A stretch of 43,625 nucleotides of DNA, taken from the NCBI RefSeq assembly GCF_030645555.1, contig NZ_JAUSME010000322.1, forward strand, positions 1-43,625, in the 5' to 3' direction. The translations under genes were made by a program, and so were the position numbers. The DNA is from Herminiimonas sp. (GTDB lineage: Bacteria > Pseudomonadota > Gammaproteobacteria > Burkholderiales > Burkholderiaceae_D). The notes under the pieces were generated by a model, which saw only the letters and a program-made list of their open reading frames with translations, did no database searches and was not told the origin of the DNA. This document shows positions 1 to 9,678 of the stretch, piece after piece (positions within the stretch are counted from its first letter, which is position 1; each line of letters begins with the position of its first letter).

Positions 1-665
<665 letters not shown>

Positions 666-836
666 AATCTCTGTTGTTTTATGTCATCGCTGACATGGTT
701 CTTTCGAACCGGTCGCTCACTCAAAATACTGACAGGTACTTTCCTTTAACAGAAAGTATCTATATTTCTTTGTGAGCATTTAATGTTTAAAGTTATGACA
801 ACCAAGCGAACCTGATTGCCGCGCTTCCATTAAACG

Positions 837-870
837 CCCACACTTATCGACTGTTAATTTTTAAAGAACT
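837..870 (-). promoter_or_regulatory. rrn leader antitermination boxA and boxC
   Basis: The - strand reads AGTTCTTTAAAA (boxA-like; consensus TGCTCTTTAACA) followed by GTGTGGG (boxC), about 170-200 nt upstream of the 16S 5' end. Confidence 0.75.
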
Positions 871-936
871 TCTTGTCTGCTTCGCTGTTTCAGCGGCGCT
901 GCGAATCGTTTTGTTCGTCAGCAGCAGAGAGATGAG

Positions 937-965
937 ATTATGTGGCATTTCTTCGTTTGCGTCAA
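937..965 (-). promoter_or_regulatory. rRNA promoter, proximal (P2-like) sigma70
   Basis: - strand TTGACG (965-960), 17 bp spacer, CATAAT (942-937). An AT-rich UP-like tract lies upstream. Confidence 0.75.
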
Positions 966-1088
966 CAACTTTGTTTTAAATTCTTTTCAAAGTTTTCAAC
1001 ACTTACTTCAACTTCCAACACCCCTCACCAGTCTCAAAAGCCGCTTACTGCCTGCTTCTTCAACTCCCCGCTTCTCAACGGGAGGCGA

Positions 1089-1118
1089 ACTATAGCAAAC
1101 GTCTTCCACCCTTGGCAA
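1089..1118 (-). promoter_or_regulatory. rRNA promoter, distal (P1-like) sigma70
   Basis: - strand TTGCCA (1118-1113), 18 bp spacer, TATAGT (1094-1089), then a GC-rich discriminator TCGCCTCCC. Confidence 0.6.
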
Positions 1119-1159
1119 GTGCTTTTGAGAAAATACTTTAACTATTTCAAAACGCACGT

Positions 1160-1936
1160 TTAAACGTTCCTGAATCTCGGTGCGCGCTTCTCGATAAAGG
1201 CACGCATTCCTTCTTTTTGATCTTCTGTGGCGAAGGTACTGTGGAACGCCCTGCGCTCGAATTGCACGCCTTCTGCCAGTGTGGTTTCATAGGCGCGATT
1301 GATGGATTCCTTGACCATCATCACCATGGGCAGCGACATATCCGCTATGACAGTTGCTGCGGCCAGCGCTTCTTCGATCAGTTTGTCGGCGGCTACCACG
1401 CGGGACACCAGGCCGGCGCGCTCGGCTTCGGCGGCATCCATCATGCGTGCCGTCAGGCACATATCCATCGCCTTGGCTTTCGACACAGCGCGCGGCAGGC
1501 GTTGCGTGCCGCCAGCGCCTGGAATGATGCCTAGCTTGATTTCAGGCTGGCCGAATTTGGCAGTATCTGCGGCAATAATGAAGTCACACATCATCGCAAG
1601 TTCACAACCGCCGCCCAGTGCATAGCCGGCAACTGCGGCGATGACTGGCTTGCGTACGCTGCGTATCTGCTCCCAGTTACGGGTGATGTAGTCACCTTTA
1701 TAGGCGTCCATATATGTATAGCTGGCCATTGCAGTTATATCGGCACCTGCGGCAAACGCCTTTTCGCTGCCGGTAATGACGATGCAGCCTATGCCTGCGT
1801 CGGCATCGAAGGCTTGCAGGGCCAAACCCAACTCATCCATTAACTGATCATTGAGCGCATTCAATGCCGCCGGGCGATTGAGCGTGATGAGGCCAACCTT
1901 GCCACGGGTTTCCACGAGTATATTTTCGTATTGCAT
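1160..1936 (-). CDS. Enoyl-CoA hydratase (crotonase family)
   Basis: 258 aa with [34 protein letters not shown] and FGQPEIKLG crotonase motifs. GGAG RBS upstream. Confidence 0.95.
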   Translation of the reverse strand: MQYENILVETRGKVGLITLNRPAALNALNDQLMDELGLALQAFDADAGIGCIVITGSEKAFAAGADITAMASYTYMDAYKGDYITRNWEQIRSVRKPVIAAVAGYALGGGCELAMMCDFIIAADTAKFGQPEIKLGIIPGAGGTQRLPRAVSKAKAMDMCLTARMMDAAEAERAGLVSRVVAADKLIEEALAAATVIADMSLPMVMMVKESINRAYETTLAEGVQFERRAFHSTFATEDQKEGMRAFIEKRAPRFRNV

Positions 1937-1971
1937 GCATGACTCCTATATATATGTACTACCCACCAGAA

Positions 1972-3180
1972 TTACCTGGGCAATAACACCCACATTGCAC
2001 CGCTCTGCTTCATGCCGCCAGCTTTCTCACCCGCCTGCGCGCCAAAACCCCAGAAATAATCGGCCCGCACTGCGCTCTTGATGGCGCTGCCGGTATCTTG
2101 CGCCAGCACCAGCCGCTGCAACGCCACTTTACTGTTGGGCTGGGTCGTAGCAAGAAATACCGGAGCCCCCAATGGTATGTATTGCGGATCGACTGCAATC
2201 GAGCGCTGCGGCGTCAATGGCACGCCCAGCGCGCCTTTGGGCCCGACGGCGGCATCCGTTACTTTCTCTTCCTTGAAAAAGACATAGCTGGGATTGGCAT
2301 TCAGCAATTCCTGCTGCCGCCTGGGATTGGCCTTGACCCATGCCTTGATGCCTTGCGCTGACGCCTGATCCAGAGTCAGCTCACCCTTGTCGATCAGATA
2401 GCGACCGATGGACTTGTATGGATGACCGTTTTGGTCGGCATAGGCGACGCGCACGGTTTCCTGGCTATCAACCAGCTGGACGCGACCGGAACCTTGTACT
2501 TGCAGAAAAAAAGCCTCGACAGCGTCGTCCACCCACAGGATTTCCTTGCCGGCCAGCGCATTCGACTGATTCAGTTCGGCGCGCGACGGGTAAGCCACCA
2601 CCTTGTTGCCTACCAGACGGCCGCGCACGCGCTGCCCCTTCAACTCAGGGAAAACACTGGCCAACTCTATCGTCAGGATGTCGTCTGGCGCGCGATGCAA
2701 AGGCGTCTGATACTTGCCACCGCGTTTGCGCGCACCCTGCAGCAAGGGTTCGTAATAGCCGGTGACCATGCCGCTGAGCGAGCCATCCGGATTCGACACG
2801 CGATAGGGCACGAAATACTTTTCAAAAAACTGCCGTGACGCATAGGCATCGCTTGCATCGATATTTGCGCCTGCCACACACGCCTCTTTCCAGTCGGGAC
2901 GCCGGATCAAGACCACGCAAGACGAGAGAAAGGCTGGCAAGGCTTCGCGTTGATCATCCATCTTCCAGCCGGGTAGGGCGGCAAAGGTGACTGGGCGCAA
3001 GGCAGGATTGATTTCGGTTCTTGGCAGGCTGGGCAATTCTCCTGCCGGTGTCAGCGGCCTGGCTGGCGTGACGGGGGCGACAGGCTCGGATGGAACGAGC
3101 GGCTCAGGTTTGGGCACGGTGGAACAGGAAACCAGGCCGAACAGGATGGATGCGAGTAAACTGAGGCGTATGAATGACAT
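1972..3180 (-). CDS. mltA: Membrane-bound lytic murein transglycosylase A (lipoprotein)
   Basis: Lipobox-like LVSC; motifs TGYYEP, FFLQVQGSG, NPSYVFF and a 3D domain (SIAVDP, AQDTGSAIK, RADYFWG). Confidence 0.95.
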   Translation of the reverse strand: MSFIRLSLLASILFGLVSCSTVPKPEPLVPSEPVAPVTPARPLTPAGELPSLPRTEINPALRPVTFAALPGWKMDDQREALPAFLSSCVVLIRRPDWKEACVAGANIDASDAYASRQFFEKYFVPYRVSNPDGSLSGMVTGYYEPLLQGARKRGGKYQTPLHRAPDDILTIELASVFPELKGQRVRGRLVGNKVVAYPSRAELNQSNALAGKEILWVDDAVEAFFLQVQGSGRVQLVDSQETVRVAYADQNGHPYKSIGRYLIDKGELTLDQASAQGIKAWVKANPRRQQELLNANPSYVFFKEEKVTDAAVGPKGALGVPLTPQRSIAVDPQYIPLGAPVFLATTQPNSKVALQRLVLAQDTGSAIKSAVRADYFWGFGAQAGEKAGGMKQSGAMWVLLPR

Positions 3181-3195
3181 GGGGAGTGATAAGTA

Positions 3196-3336
3196 ATGTG
3201 GATGTTATTTGCTGAAGCGGGCATCGCGCTGTTCTTGCTGATTTTTATCGTATGGTGGACGATGTACTCAGGCCAGAAACCAGCGCAGCCACCGGCACAA
3301 AAACCCTTGCCACCCAAGGATGACGAGGCGGCATAA
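3196..3336 (+). CDS. Small single-pass membrane protein, 46 aa (not in ORF track)
   Basis: MWMLFAEAGIALFLLIFIVWWTMYSGQKPAQPPAQKPLPPKDDEAA*. GGGGAG RBS at 3181-3186. One hydrophobic helix and a Pro-rich tail. Fills the mltA-apaG gap. Confidence 0.65.
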   Translation: MWMLFAEAGIALFLLIFIVWWTMYSGQKPAQPPAQKPLPPKDDEAA

Positions 3337-3345
3337 GCGGCAGGA

Positions 3346-3720
3346 TCAATGCAGGGTGCGCGGCAGCGACAGGACGAACTCGGGAATTTTTGCCTCGAAT
3401 TGCTCGCCGTCTTCTGCCACGCAAAAATATTCGCCCATCATAGAGCCTTGCGGCGTGGCCATCGAGGTGCCGCTGGTATATTCAAACTGCTCGCCGGGCT
3501 GCAACAAGGGTTGATTGCCCACCACACCCAGACCGCGCACTTCTTCAGTATGGTTGTTGGCATCGGTGATCACCCAGTGGCGCGAGATCAATTGCGCAGC
3601 GACCTGACCGGTATTCTTGATGCTTACCGTATAGGCAAATACATAATTGGCGCGCTTGGGATCGGATTGCTCTTCCAGATACTGCGTGCTGACGGTGACG
3701 GTGAATTCGTAGCTTGCCAT
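3346..3720 (-). CDS. apaG: ApaG (Co2+/Mg2+ efflux-associated) protein
   Basis: 124 aa with YVFAYTVSI, QLISRHWVITD and VRGLGVVGNQPLLQPGEQFEYTSG. GAGGA RBS. Confidence 0.96.
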   Translation of the reverse strand: MASYEFTVTVSTQYLEEQSDPKRANYVFAYTVSIKNTGQVAAQLISRHWVITDANNHTEEVRGLGVVGNQPLLQPGEQFEYTSGTSMATPQGSMMGEYFCVAEDGEQFEAKIPEFVLSLPRTLH

Positions 3721-3924
3721 TCAATTCCTCTTTTGCGCGCATACTCTGCGCCACTTTTATTGCAACTTTGCACATATCCGCATCATAGCGCGTCGAATCG
3801 CACTATATATAGTGATAGTGCACCAGGCCCGATTGCGCACGAAATTCACCTCTCATCGCATCTGATACAAGAAAGACGCACGCCCAGAGTCGCGGGTTAA
3901 AATAGCGGCTTCTATTTTAAAGTC

Positions 3925-4596
3925 ATGACCATGCCCAGCTATCGCATCGCTCCCAGCATACTGTCCGCCGATTTCGCCCGCCTGGGTGAAGAAGTGCGCA
4001 ATGTCGTCGCCGCCGGCGCCGACATCATCCACTTCGACGTCATGGATAACCATTACGTTCCCAACCTGACGATAGGGCCACTGGTATGCGAAGCGATACG
4101 CCCGCATGTGCAAGTGCCAATAGACGTGCATCTGATGGTCAAGCCGGTAGATCGTATTGTCCCCGATTTTGCCAAGGCTGGTGCCAACATCATCACTTTC
4201 CATCCGGAAGCATCCGAACACATAGACCGCACGCTGCAACTGATACGCGACAATGGCTGCAAGGCCGGGCTGGTATTCAATCCCGGTACGCCGCTGCATT
4301 ATCTGGAACACGTGATGGACAAGCTCGACATCATCCTGCTGATGTCGGTCAATCCCGGCTTCGGCGGGCAATCCTTCATTCCGCAGACGCTGAATAAAAT
4401 CGCCGCCGTGCGCAAATTGATCGATGCCTCCGGCCGCGACATCATGCTGGAAGTCGACGGCGGCATCAAGGTCGACAATATCGAAGCCGCAGCCCGGGCC
4501 GGCGCAGACACTTTCGTCGCCGGCTCCGCCATTTTCGGCAAGCCGGACTACAAGGCAGTCATAGCTGCGATGCGCAGCGAACTGGCCAAGGTGTGA
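3925..4596 (+). CDS. rpe: Ribulose-phosphate 3-epimerase
   Basis: [45 protein letters not shown]. The start may be 3931. Confidence 0.97.
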   Translation: MTMPSYRIAPSILSADFARLGEEVRNVVAAGADIIHFDVMDNHYVPNLTIGPLVCEAIRPHVQVPIDVHLMVKPVDRIVPDFAKAGANIITFHPEASEHIDRTLQLIRDNGCKAGLVFNPGTPLHYLEHVMDKLDIILLMSVNPGFGGQSFIPQTLNKIAAVRKLIDASGRDIMLEVDGGIKVDNIEAAARAGADTFVAGSAIFGKPDYKAVIAAMRSELAKV

Positions 4597-5297
4597 GTCT
4601 GTCTGTCAGCACACCTGCCGATAAGCCAATCTGCGGGATACGCGCCGTCATCATCGATCTGGACGGCACCATGCTGCATACCGCGCAAGACTTGCATGCC
4701 GCAGTCAACCGCATGCGCAGTGATTTGAGTCTGGCACCGCTGGCCATCGATACCGTCATCAGCTTCGTCGGCAAGGGCATAGAAAACCTGGTGCGGCGCG
4801 CACTCGGCGTCGATTTTTCTCCGGTCGTGATCGAACGCCACTTCCTGCAGGCACTGACCTTGTTTGAAAAGCATTATCTGGACGTCAATGGCGAGTTTGC
4901 GACTGTCTTTCCCGGCGTGCATGAAGGCTTGCAGGCCATGCAGGCAAAGGGATTGCGCCTGGCTTGCGTGACCAACAAGCCGGCCGCCTTTACCTTGCCG
5001 CTGATGAAAAAAACCGGCTTGCACGATTATTTTGAAATCATCTACAGCGGCGATTCATTCGCCAAAAAGAAACCCGACCCCATGCAACTGCTGCAGGTGT
5101 GCGCGCATTTTGGCCTGGCACCGGTCGAGGTCATCGCCATCGGCGACTCGATCAGCGATACGCAGGCTGCACGCGCCGCCGGCTGCAAGGTGCTCACCGT
5201 GCCATATGGCTACAACCACGGGCAGGCTGTACAAGATATCGACTCGGATGGTATAGTTTCTTCGCTGCTGCAGGCAGCTCATCTAATCTCAACATAA
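4593..5297 (+). CDS. gph: Phosphoglycolate phosphatase (HAD family)
   Basis: DLDGTM motif I, VTNKP, KKPDP, IGDS, VPYGYN. GTG start overlaps the rpe stop, and rpe-gph-trpE is the typical order. Confidence 0.93.
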   Translation: MSLSVSTPADKPICGIRAVIIDLDGTMLHTAQDLHAAVNRMRSDLSLAPLAIDTVISFVGKGIENLVRRALGVDFSPVVIERHFLQALTLFEKHYLDVNGEFATVFPGVHEGLQAMQAKGLRLACVTNKPAAFTLPLMKKTGLHDYFEIIYSGDSFAKKKPDPMQLLQVCAHFGLAPVEVIAIGDSISDTQAARAAGCKVLTVPYGYNHGQAVQDIDSDGIVSSLLQAAHLIST

Positions 5298-5303
5298 ATC
5301 ATC

Positions 5304-5384
5304 ATGTTTCTCGACAAAAAACGTATCGCATTACCCGGTGCCCATGAGGCCTGGCTATGGCGAGGCTGGCAAATCTGGGGCTAA
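5304..5384 (+). CDS. trpL: Putative trp leader peptide, 26 aa with 4 Trp
   Basis: MFLDKKRIALPGAHEAWLWRGWQIWG*. TGG codons at 5352, 5358, 5367 and 5376, ending 119 nt before trpE. Confidence 0.75.
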   Translation: MFLDKKRIALPGAHEAWLWRGWQIWG

Positions 5385-5389
5385 GCACC

Positions 5390-5447
5390 CGTTGCCGCTG
5401 ATCGCCTGCGCATTTCTGTTTTTCCTGCGCGATCAGCAACGTTTTTT
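5390..5447 (+). terminator. Attenuator-like hairpin with U-tract in the trpE leader
   Basis: CGTTG(CCG)CTGATCGC (5390-5405) pairs with GCGATCAGCAACG (5429-5441), followed by TTTTTT. Confidence 0.6.
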
Positions 5448-5503
5448 GCAGTACTTACTCAAGTACCAAACCGCTCGTCTACAATAGCGGTCCGGAGAGA
5501 ACC

Positions 5504-7000
5504 ATGACTGAACTCGAATTCAAAACGCTGGCCACGCAAGGCTACAACCGCATCCCCCTGATTGCCGAAGCTTTCGCCGATCTGGAAACGCCGCTATCGC
5601 TCTACCTGAAACTGGCGCAAACCCAGAACAATGGAAAGAATTCCTTCCTGCTGGAGTCTGTTGTCGGCGGCGAACGTTTCGGTCGCTATTCCTTCATCGG
5701 CTTGCCTGCGACGACGCTGATGCGCAGCTTCGGCACCCGCATAGAAGTCGTCAAGAACGATGCAGTTGTGGAGACGCATGAAGGCAATCCGCTCGATTTC
5801 ATCGCCGAATTCCAGGCCCGCTATAAAGTGGCGATCCTGCCCGGCATGCCGCGCTTTTGCGGCGGTCTGGCTGGTTACTTTGGCTATGACGCAGTGCGCC
5901 ACGTTGAAAAGCGCCTGGCCCACAGCTGCCCGAAAGACGATCTCGGCTTGCCGGAAATCCTGTTGCTGCTGACCGAAGAACTGGCCGTCATCGACAACCT
6001 GTCCGGCAAACTGTATCTGATCGTGTATGTCGATCCGGCGCAAGCGGATGCCTATGCACAGGGCCGCGAACGCCTGAAAGACTTGCGCGCAAAATTGCAT
6101 CGCGCGGTCGAAGCACCGCTGACCCCGGCCTCGACACGTACAGAAACGATACGCGAATTCGACAAGCAGTCTTACCTGGCAGCAGTCGCGCAAGCCAAAG
6201 AATATGTGATGGCTGGCGACCTGATGCAGGTGCAAATCGGCCAGCGCATCAAGAAGCCGTATGTCGATGCGCCACTGACGCTATACCGCGCCCTGCGCTC
6301 GCTCAATCCATCGCCGTACATGTACTTCTACAACTTCGGCGACATGCAAATCGTCGGCGCCTCGCCAGAAATCCTGGTGCGCAATGAAGCGATAGGCGAC
6401 GACAAGAAAAAAGTGACGATACGCCCACTGGCCGGCACCCGCCCGCGCGGCGACACGCCGGAAAAAGATGCGGCTCTGGCCAAGGAATTGCTGGCCGATC
6501 CGAAGGAAATCGCCGAACACGTGATGCTGATCGATCTGGCGCGCAACGACATCGGCCGCATCGCTGAAATCGGCAGCGTCAAGGTCACCGACAAACTGGT
6601 GATCGAAAAATATTCGCACGTGCAGCACATCGTCTCCAATGTCGAAGGCACGCTGAAAGCCGGGCTGTCGAATCTGGATGTATTGAAAGCGACTTTCCCG
6701 GCCGGCACGCTGTCGGGTGCTCCGAAAGTGCGGGCGATGGAAATCATCGATGAACTGGAACCAACCAAGCGCGGCATTTACGGCGGCGCCTGCGGTTATC
6801 TGTCATTCGGCGGCGAAATGGATCTGGCGATCGCGATCCGCACCGGCGTCATCAAGGACGGCATGCTGTATGTGCAGGCAGCCGCCGGCATCGTTGCCGA
6901 TTCGGTGCCCGAGATGGAATGGCAGGAAACTGAAAACAAGGCCCGCGCTGTGCGTAGAGCCGCTGAACAGGTGCAAGATGGCTTGGATGGAGAAATCTGA
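5504..7000 (+). CDS. trpE: Anthranilate synthase component I
   Basis: [68 protein letters not shown]. Confidence 0.98.
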   Translation: MTELEFKTLATQGYNRIPLIAEAFADLETPLSLYLKLAQTQNNGKNSFLLESVVGGERFGRYSFIGLPATTLMRSFGTRIEVVKNDAVVETHEGNPLDFIAEFQARYKVAILPGMPRFCGGLAGYFGYDAVRHVEKRLAHSCPKDDLGLPEILLLLTEELAVIDNLSGKLYLIVYVDPAQADAYAQGRERLKDLRAKLHRAVEAPLTPASTRTETIREFDKQSYLAAVAQAKEYVMAGDLMQVQIGQRIKKPYVDAPLTLYRALRSLNPSPYMYFYNFGDMQIVGASPEILVRNEAIGDDKKKVTIRPLAGTRPRGDTPEKDAALAKELLADPKEIAEHVMLIDLARNDIGRIAEIGSVKVTDKLVIEKYSHVQHIVSNVEGTLKAGLSNLDVLKATFPAGTLSGAPKVRAMEIIDELEPTKRGIYGGACGYLSFGGEMDLAIAIRTGVIKDGMLYVQAAAGIVADSVPEMEWQETENKARAVRRAAEQVQDGLDGEI

Positions 7001-7155
7001 GATGGCAAATTTTCTACAAGCGGGGATAGTTTCGGCGCAGGCTAACTTGTGCGGAGCGCAAGTTAAGCGTAGCGGCCGTAGCCAAAACTTTCAGCGCGCT
7101 GTGTTAAGAGCAGCCGAACAAGTGCAAGATGGTCTGGACGGGGAGATTTGATATG
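6944..7155 (+). repeat. Diverged direct repeat of the trpE 3' end (61 bp x2: 6944-7004 and 7095-7155)
   Basis: Copy 1 encodes [22 protein letters not shown] and copy 2 encodes [22 protein letters not shown]. By hand count 48/61 nt are identical, and the differences are almost all synonymous. Confidence 0.92.
7002..7151 (+). CDS. 49-aa ORF ending in a duplicated TrpE C-terminus (possibly translated as a coupling linker)
   Basis: [49 protein letters not shown]. The ATG is 1 nt after the trpE stop, behind GGAGA. Its own stop is 1 nt before the trpG ATG. Confidence 0.45.
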   Translation: MANFLQAGIVSAQANLCGAQVKRSGRSQNFQRAVLRAAEQVQDGLDGEI

Positions 7156-7716
7156 TTGCTGATGATAGATAACTACGACTCCTTCACCTATAACCTGGTG
7201 CAGTATTTTGGCGAACTGGGCGAAGAAGTCGTTACCGTGCGCAATGATGAAATCACGCTGGAGCAAATAGCGGCCCTGAAGGCGGATCGCATCTGCATTT
7301 CGCCCGGCCCGTGCACGCCGCATGAAGCCGGCGTCTCTATCCCTGTGCTGAAACATTTTGCCGGCAAATTGCCGATACTCGGTGTGTGCCTGGGCCATCA
7401 AGCGATAGGTGCGGCTTTCGGCGGCAAGGTCGTGCGCGCGCAGCAAGTCATGCATGGCAAGACTTCGCTGATCACGCATACCGGCGTCGGCGTCTTCAAG
7501 GGCTTGCCCAGCCCGTACACGGTCACCCGCTATCACTCGCTGGCGATAGAACGCGCATCGCTGCCGGATTGCCTGGAAATCACTGCGTGGACCGATGATG
7601 GCGAAATCATGGGCGTGCGGCACAAGGAATTCGATATCCAGGGAGTGCAGTTTCATCCCGAGTCTATCCTGTCCGAACACGGCCACGCCTTGCTGAAAAA
7701 TTTTCTCGTACGCTGA
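7153..7716 (+). CDS. trpG: Anthranilate synthase component II (glutamine amidotransferase)
   Basis: Starts [15 protein letters not shown]; [24 protein letters not shown]. Start moved from 7129 to the ATG at 7153 (GGGGAG RBS). Confidence 0.97.
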   Translation: MLLMIDNYDSFTYNLVQYFGELGEEVVTVRNDEITLEQIAALKADRICISPGPCTPHEAGVSIPVLKHFAGKLPILGVCLGHQAIGAAFGGKVVRAQQVMHGKTSLITHTGVGVFKGLPSPYTVTRYHSLAIERASLPDCLEITAWTDDGEIMGVRHKEFDIQGVQFHPESILSEHGHALLKNFLVR

Positions 7717-7756
7717 GATGAACGACGCCGGCCATTTGAATTCTGAAAGCATCGCC

Positions 7757-8794
7757 ATGCCGATAACCGATCAAGAAGCCTTATTACGCTGCATCGATCA
7801 TCGTGAAATTTTCCACGATGAGATGCTGCACCTGTTCCGCAAGATCATGAGCGGCGAAATGTCGCCGGTGATGATAGCCGCATTGACGATGGGCTTGCGC
7901 GTCAAGAAGGAAAGCATAGGCGAAATTACCGCTGCCGCGCAGGTGATGCGCGAGTTTTCCACCAAAGTGCCGCTCAGCGATACTACCAACCTGCTCGACA
8001 TCGTCGGCACTGGCGGCGATGGTGCCAACACCTTCAATATTTCAACGGCGTCGATGTTTGTCGCCGCAGCTGCCGGTGCGCGCATCGCCAAACATGGCGG
8101 GCGCAGCGTCTCGTCCTCGTCCGGCAGTGCCGATGTGCTCGAATCGCTGGGCGCCAACATCAATCTGAAGCCAGAGTTGGTGGCGGAGTCGATTGCACAA
8201 ACCGGCATCGGCTTCATGGTCGCGCCGAACCACCATGCGGCGATGAAGCATGCAGCGCCGGTGCGCAAGGAACTCGGCGTACGCACCATCTTCAACATCC
8301 TCGGTCCGCTCACCAATCCAGCCGGCGCACCCAACATCCTGATGGGCGTGTTCCATGCAGATCTGGTCGGCATCCAGGTGCGCGTATTGCAACGCCTGGG
8401 CGCACAACATGCAGTCGTGGTCTGGGGTCGCGATAATATGGATGAAGTATCGCTGGGCGCGGCGACGATGGTCGGCGAACTGGTCAACGGCGAAATCCGC
8501 GAATATGAAATTCATCCGGAAGATTTCGGCCTGCCCATGATTGCAAGCCGCAATCTGAAAGTCGCCAATTCCATCGAATCGAAAACGAAAATCTTTGAAG
8601 CACTAGCCAATGTTGATGGCCCGGCACGCGATATCGTCGCCCTGAATGCCGGCACGGCACTGTATGCGGCCGGCGTGGCGAGCTCCATCGCCGACGGGCT
8701 AGAGAAAGCACGTGCAGCGATTGCCTCTGGTGCGGCGCGTGAAAAACTCGAACAGTTCGTCCGCGTCACGCAGGAACTTGGCAGCAAAGCCTGA
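7757..8794 (+). CDS. trpD: Anthranilate phosphoribosyltransferase
   Basis: [42 protein letters not shown]. Likely start is MPITDQEAL at 7757. Confidence 0.97.
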   Translation: MPITDQEALLRCIDHREIFHDEMLHLFRKIMSGEMSPVMIAALTMGLRVKKESIGEITAAAQVMREFSTKVPLSDTTNLLDIVGTGGDGANTFNISTASMFVAAAAGARIAKHGGRSVSSSSGSADVLESLGANINLKPELVAESIAQTGIGFMVAPNHHAAMKHAAPVRKELGVRTIFNILGPLTNPAGAPNILMGVFHADLVGIQVRVLQRLGAQHAVVVWGRDNMDEVSLGAATMVGELVNGEIREYEIHPEDFGLPMIASRNLKVANSIESKTKIFEALANVDGPARDIVALNAGTALYAAGVASSIADGLEKARAAIASGAAREKLEQFVRVTQELGSKA

Positions 8795-8835
8795 TCGCAT
8801 ACTGCGTCGCACACCATTATTTATACTGAAAAAAC

Positions 8836-9636
8836 ATGTCCGATATTCTGAATAAAATTCTCGACGTCAAAGCCGATGAAGTCGCCGCTGCGAAAAAATA
8901 TCGCAGCCTGGCCAGCTTGCGCAGCGAAGTCGAAGCGGACAAGGATGCGCGCGCTGCGATACGCGATTTCGAAGGCGCCTTGCGTCAAAAAATCGCTGCC
9001 GGCAGCGCCGGCATCATCGCCGAAGTCAAGAAAGCCTCGCCATCGAAAGGCGTCATACGCCCGGACTTCCATCCAGCCGAAATCGCAGCCAGTTATGCAA
9101 AACATGGCGCCGCCTGCCTGTCAGTGCTGACCGATGTGCAATTCTTCCAGGGCGCGCCGGACTATCTGAAGCAGGCGCGTGCCGCTTGCGCCTTGCCGGT
9201 CTTGCGCAAGGATTTCATCATCGATCCATATCAGGTTTATGAAGCGCGCTCATGGGGCGCCGATTGCATCCTGCTGATCGTTGCAGGGCTCGATCACGGC
9301 TTGATGGCGGAACTGGAAGCCTGCGCGCATGAGCTCGGCATGCATGTGCTGGTTGAAGTCCACAATGCAGAAGAACTGACGGCTGCCTTGCGCCTGAAAA
9401 CCGCGCTGCTGGGCGTGAACAACCGCAACCTGCGCACCTTTGAAACATCGCTGCAAGTTACGCTGGATTTATTGCCGCGCATCTCGCCCGACAAGCTGGT
9501 GATTACCGAATCCGCAATCGTCACGCCGGACGATGTGAAAAAAATGCGGGATGCCGACGTGCACGCCTTCCTGGTGGGCGAAGCCTTCATGCGCGCGCCA
9601 GAACCGGGCGTGGAATTGAGCCGGCTGTTCAACTAG
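8836..9636 (+). CDS. trpC: Indole-3-glycerol phosphate synthase
   Basis: [39 protein letters not shown]. Confidence 0.97.
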   Translation: MSDILNKILDVKADEVAAAKKYRSLASLRSEVEADKDARAAIRDFEGALRQKIAAGSAGIIAEVKKASPSKGVIRPDFHPAEIAASYAKHGAACLSVLTDVQFFQGAPDYLKQARAACALPVLRKDFIIDPYQVYEARSWGADCILLIVAGLDHGLMAELEACAHELGMHVLVEVHNAEELTAALRLKTALLGVNNRNLRTFETSLQVTLDLLPRISPDKLVITESAIVTPDDVKKMRDADVHAFLVGEAFMRAPEPGVELSRLFN

Positions 9637-9678
9637 AGCATTGCGGCGAACACGCCGCAATGCCTGCATCCATTTCAC

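Noticed and set aside
942-1163. 73-aa + strand ORF
   Set aside because: Lies antisense over the rRNA promoter region, has no recognisable motif, and has atypical composition.
6717-7001. N-terminal part of the 144-aa ORF 6717..7151
   Set aside because: Out-of-frame shadow of trpE. Only the part from the ATG at 7002 has an RBS and a meaningful sequence.
7040-7068. Integron attC site (GGCTAAC...GTTAAGC)
   Set aside because: GTTAAGC fits GTTRRRY, but the AAC-to-GTT span is only 29 bp, far below typical attC length. The left box deviates from RYYYAAC and no intI is present. Kept only as a generic structured element.
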